This document shows, in pieces, positions 60,410 through 64,000 of a DNA stretch of 64,000 nt. This DNA is from Negaprion brevirostris (Eukaryota). The notes under the pieces are model-generated. The model saw nothing but the letters and a program-made list of their open reading frames with translations, was not told the DNA's origin and ran no database searches. Made by a program: the position numbers and the translations under genes. The stretch lies in assembly GCA_030324005.1 (NCBI GenBank), contig JARDVH010000149.1, positions 15,116,294 through 15,180,293 on the forward strand, given 5' to 3'. Each line of letters starts with the position of its first letter. Within the stretch, counting starts at the first letter, position 1.

Positions 60410-60590
60410 GAAGAGAAAAATACCACAGATGCTGGAAATCCGAAATACAAATAGAAAAGGCTGGAAACGGGAAACAGACAGTGGGGTCAGACAGCATCCA
60501 TGAAGAGAAAGCGAGTTAACATTTCTGGGCACGATGACCCTTCGCCAAACTCTGCCGAGTGTTTCTAGCCTTTTCTGGTTTTGTTTCTGT
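60410..60590. mobile_element. Penelope P2 fragment with partial fold-back
   Basis: cagatgctggaaatccgaaatacaaatagaaaaggctggaaac...gagttaacatttctgggcacgatgacccttcgcc...gtttctagccttttctg. Confidence 0.65.
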
Positions 60591-61420
60591 TGAGAAGCAG
60601 TAATCCTGTTCCTCACTCTTGCTGTGAGAAAAACCTGCCTGGCAAGATCCTGAAGCAGGCACTGGGAATGCAGATAAAGCCCTGTATATTTAGAGGGCAG
60701 CACAAAGTCCTTCAATTAGACAATGAATGGTTCTCCACTGATACTCAGCTACAGTATCCCTCGAGTTTAGTGGACAGTTTCAGGCTGTATGGCTCCTTGG
60801 AAGAAGTGTCACCTTCTACAAAGAACTTTGCACAGGGAGCAGCTACTTCCTGGCTGGATCATGTCCAGACAGCCACACTGGATCTTTGCTGACCTTTGAT
60901 CCATAATCAAAGGAAAGGCACTTCTGAATGGCTGTGCTGAGCTGTCGCCCAGCAACTGGGAATTTATTATTTTCGACTATGGGAGTGTTTCTGGGTCTGT
61001 TGGGACTGTATTTTCTGATGCAATCGATTATCAATTAGCAAACCACATCCGACTAAAGTTTATGAAGAGGACCAAATGGACAAAAATGAAGCTGGACTTT
61101 CTTATTGTGTGCTCCCAGCATATCAAGTGGGACTTTCGAGCAGCTCACTGAACTGATGTGATATATAAATAACTCTGAGAAGAGGGGCAGGATACTACAG
61201 AATGGCAGTGAAAGACATGCTACTGTGGTCATTTAGCTGAAGCAACCAATCAGGGGACTCTCCTAATAATATTCAAGTAGTATCTAGATGATTCAGCGTT
61301 CCCTTAACGTTGTTTCCTCAAGCGCTGGTTAGTGAGCGTTTGTCTGTGCTGTGCTTTGCCAGCCAGTGTCTGTTGTTTTAACAAAGATCAATTTCTTACT
61401 CCTTTTGAACTGTATGTAAA

Positions 61421-61562
61421 TTGAATTGAATTGAATTGATTTATTATTGTCACATGGATTGGGACACAGTGAAAAGTATTGTTTCTTGCACTCTGTTACA
61501 GACAAAACATACTGTTCATAGAGTGCATAGGAGAGAAGGAAAGGATAGGATGCAGAATGTTA
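61421..61562 (-). mobile_element. Rex1 3' tail with (TTGAA)n
   Basis: ttgaattgaattgaattgatttattattgtcacatggattgggacacagtgaaaagtattg. Confidence 0.8.
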
Positions 61563-62929
61563 ATATATATAGTAGAATGCAACATTTTGTTTATCCAGCA
61601 TGGCCCATCTTACCGTTCACAGCAGAGTTCCTGCTAAACAGTGTTTTTTTGCCCCTGGCCTTGTTCCCCGATGCTCTCTCGCTCTCGCTGCACATTGGAG
61701 TATTTGATCTCGCTTGTGTTATTCTGTAAATATTTAAGTTAGAGATTAGTAAAGCTGCTGGAATGTGTCATTATTCTAAGCACTTGTTCAGACAGGTAAC
61801 ACCAGTAATATAAAGGAATAGGATGCAGCTCATGGTTTAGAAGTATCTTATCAGAACTACTTTAGCATGTACCTGGCAGAGATGCAGCAAAGGCTTCAGG
61901 CCACTACAGATCATATTGAAGGCACCTCTGATGAGGCTGGCAGACAGTACGTGCTCCATTCAAAGCGAAAGAATAATGCCATTAAAGTAACACCACCTCA
62001 AATGAATTTATTCATATTGACCAGGACATTTAATAAATTAATTTTATTTCTTAATGAGTCAGTTGAAGTTTAAGAAAAGATAGGTTTTTTTTACCTGAGG
62101 TCTCGTATGCAGACCTCAGTCCAGACCTTGGATAACTCACCGATGGGTACATTCCTCAGACTGGAGCTGTTTGCCTTTTACACAAGTGCAGTTGTTCATG
62201 TTTACAAATGGAGAAGGAAGTGTTGATGAAAGAGTGATTCCCATTGATGCTACTTTATTTCACAGGATCACTCCCAAGTGTTTCATTACACGCAGCCTGA
62301 ATCCAGTAATTGTTCACAAAATTATTCAATGAAGAGGATTGATTGAAAAATATTGAAGTTCTGCTGGAGTCTGTTGCCGACAAATTACATGGGGGCTGCG
62401 CTGTGTAAACTAATGAACAACTAGCTTGCCTTCTGAGGGCAGTGTGCCAAGCTGTGTATCTGCCTGCAGTCTGAGTGTGGTATGCAGTGCAATGACTGCA
62501 GTTTGATCGCAGTGGGATGTTGCAGTAACTGCAGTCTGAATGTAGTATGCTGTACAATAATTGACTGGATACCTCCAGATTTGATTGTTCAAATCCATTT
62601 GTGATCTCCAGTCTAACAAAGTCTAACATTTGAGTATTATTGCCTCAACCTACAATGCTCTCAACATTACTAATGAAGCAACATTGACTCGAGAGCTTTG
62701 ACCACAGCTCATTACATTTTAATAGGGCGGCTACTAAATTAGTGATGAAACACAGAAGGGATTTAATGGATGCTTCTACCTTCTCTTAACTGGGCGTTCC
62801 TTCTTCCGTCTTGTGAGCTTTGTCCAAAGGCAGGTCCCTGACTCACTGTCTGCTGATGCTTTAACCTGAGCTGTTTTTCTTGGCAGATTTTGTCAGTGTG
62901 GTTTGCCATTGCTTTTCACTCCCAGGGAC

Positions 62930-63045
62930 AGGGCAAGGAGTCAGTGTCCAAATCTACTTCAGCCCGAGCTGGAATTGAACCGGCACCATCGGTACTAATC
63001 TGAGGCACGTGCTGACCGTTTGGTCAACTGAGTTAACCTGCCGCT
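62930..63045 (-). mobile_element. tRNA-derived SINE head
   Basis: Minus strand ggttaactcagttgacc...ggttcaattccagctcgggctg. Confidence 0.55.
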
Positions 63046-64000
63046 CCAGATTGGTTTTAGGTCTGCAGCTGTGTAATATTCATGATGTTTTTCCATATTT
63101 CGGCAAAGTAATCAGTGTCCGCAAATAAAGGTTGGAATTTTGCCATCTTTTGGCAAAGGGTCACCTTGGGTGTTGGTGGGCAGGGCGGTTGTTGGTGTTT
63201 GAGGAAAGAGCAGCCCACTGGCTGTGTTGCCAGGTTTTCCTGCTGTGCTTTCAAAGACTTTGCCAATAAACGTTGTAAGAGCTGGGCCCCATAATGTCAT
63301 GTTGGCAGAGCCTGTCCCACCAGCAACTTAGCCCCCCAGCCTCAGACAACCCCTACCCCCAGCCCCCACACCCACCACCAACCCACTGGGGCGTGTGCTC
63401 ACCAGTGCACCTCCGGCGGGTTCTCCTCGCCAGGTACACATCATGGGGGGATGTATTGTGATTCACATCAGCGTGCCCTCATATCGACTGGAATGGACAA
63501 TTTAACATAGGGGGTTATCAGGTGTAAAGTTCTGTTGATGATAATTAAATTGATGCAAATTGGAATCTTGACTTTAAAATCCACCAATAATAGGGGGCAG
63601 GGACAATCGAGCATGGAAATCCCACCAGTGTCGAAGCCGTTTTGNNNNNNNNNNNNNNNNNNNNNNNNNNNNNNNNNNNNNNNNNNNNNNNNNNNNNNNN
63701 NNNNNNNNNNNNNNNNNNNNNNNNNNNNNNNNNNNNNNNNNNCACCACAAACAGGAGTGGAAAGTTCATCCCATAATCACTCAAACTCTGTTATTGGGCT
63801 GGGTAAGAGTGTAGGAGCATTAGCCTGAACATATAAGCTACTGTGGCACAATGATACATGTCCAACCAATCAGCAGAGATAGTTAAGTGAGTAATTGTTG
63901 TTTGACCAGTTTCCTCCATTTGCTATATTTGGAAAATAGGAACTTCATTAAATTTGAATTTAAATCTTTTTTTTAGTCATTTTTATCCTCTTCAAAGTGA

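Larger units (their letters stand above)
261..64000 (+). other. Probable single large intron following the NOS1AP exon
   Basis: Starts at a GT donor. No match to the expected next exon (YEFKAKNIKKKKVS...) was seen, though it could lie in an N-gap. Content is repeats and non-coding islands. Confidence 0.75.

Noticed and set aside
60581-60892. 103-aa ORF with protein-like composition
   Set aside because: No recognisable domain or convincing splice frame; non-ATG start overlapping a PLE fragment

Overview
Vertebrate nuclear DNA, almost certainly from a shark or other elasmobranch, judged by HE1-type V-SINEs, SacSINE1/DeuSINE-like copies and CR1/L2/Rex1/RTE/Penelope debris. It is a draft assembly with about 21 N-gaps. 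The only host coding sequence I can support is a 72-bp exon at 189-260 (+) encoding [24 protein letters not shown], the second coding exon (PTB domain) of NOS1AP/CAPON; the ORF track misses it. I found no next exon (YEFKAKNIKKKKV...), so the remaining ~63.7 kb is probably one large intron. It is filled with nested transposable elements and a few repeat-free, motif-rich islands. Most ORFs in the track are spurious or decayed TE fragments. Highlights: (1) Penelope-like elements in two families carrying minimal type-I hammerhead-ribozyme motifs, fold-back mini-copies (one with a 14-bp TSD) and a GIY-YIG remnant; (2) a tRNA/V-type SINE body occurring with two alternative 3' tails, one CR1-like and one Rex1-like; (3) a candidate enhancer at ~56.6-56.85 kb with three evenly spaced PBX-MEIS/PREP decamers plus TCF sites; (4) a two-LTR Gypsy remnant, a solo LTR, a hAT MITE and GGG...CCC MITEs with readable TSDs. 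Repeat boundaries were read by eye and are approximate unless a TSD is given. Family names come from sequence recognition, not from database searches.
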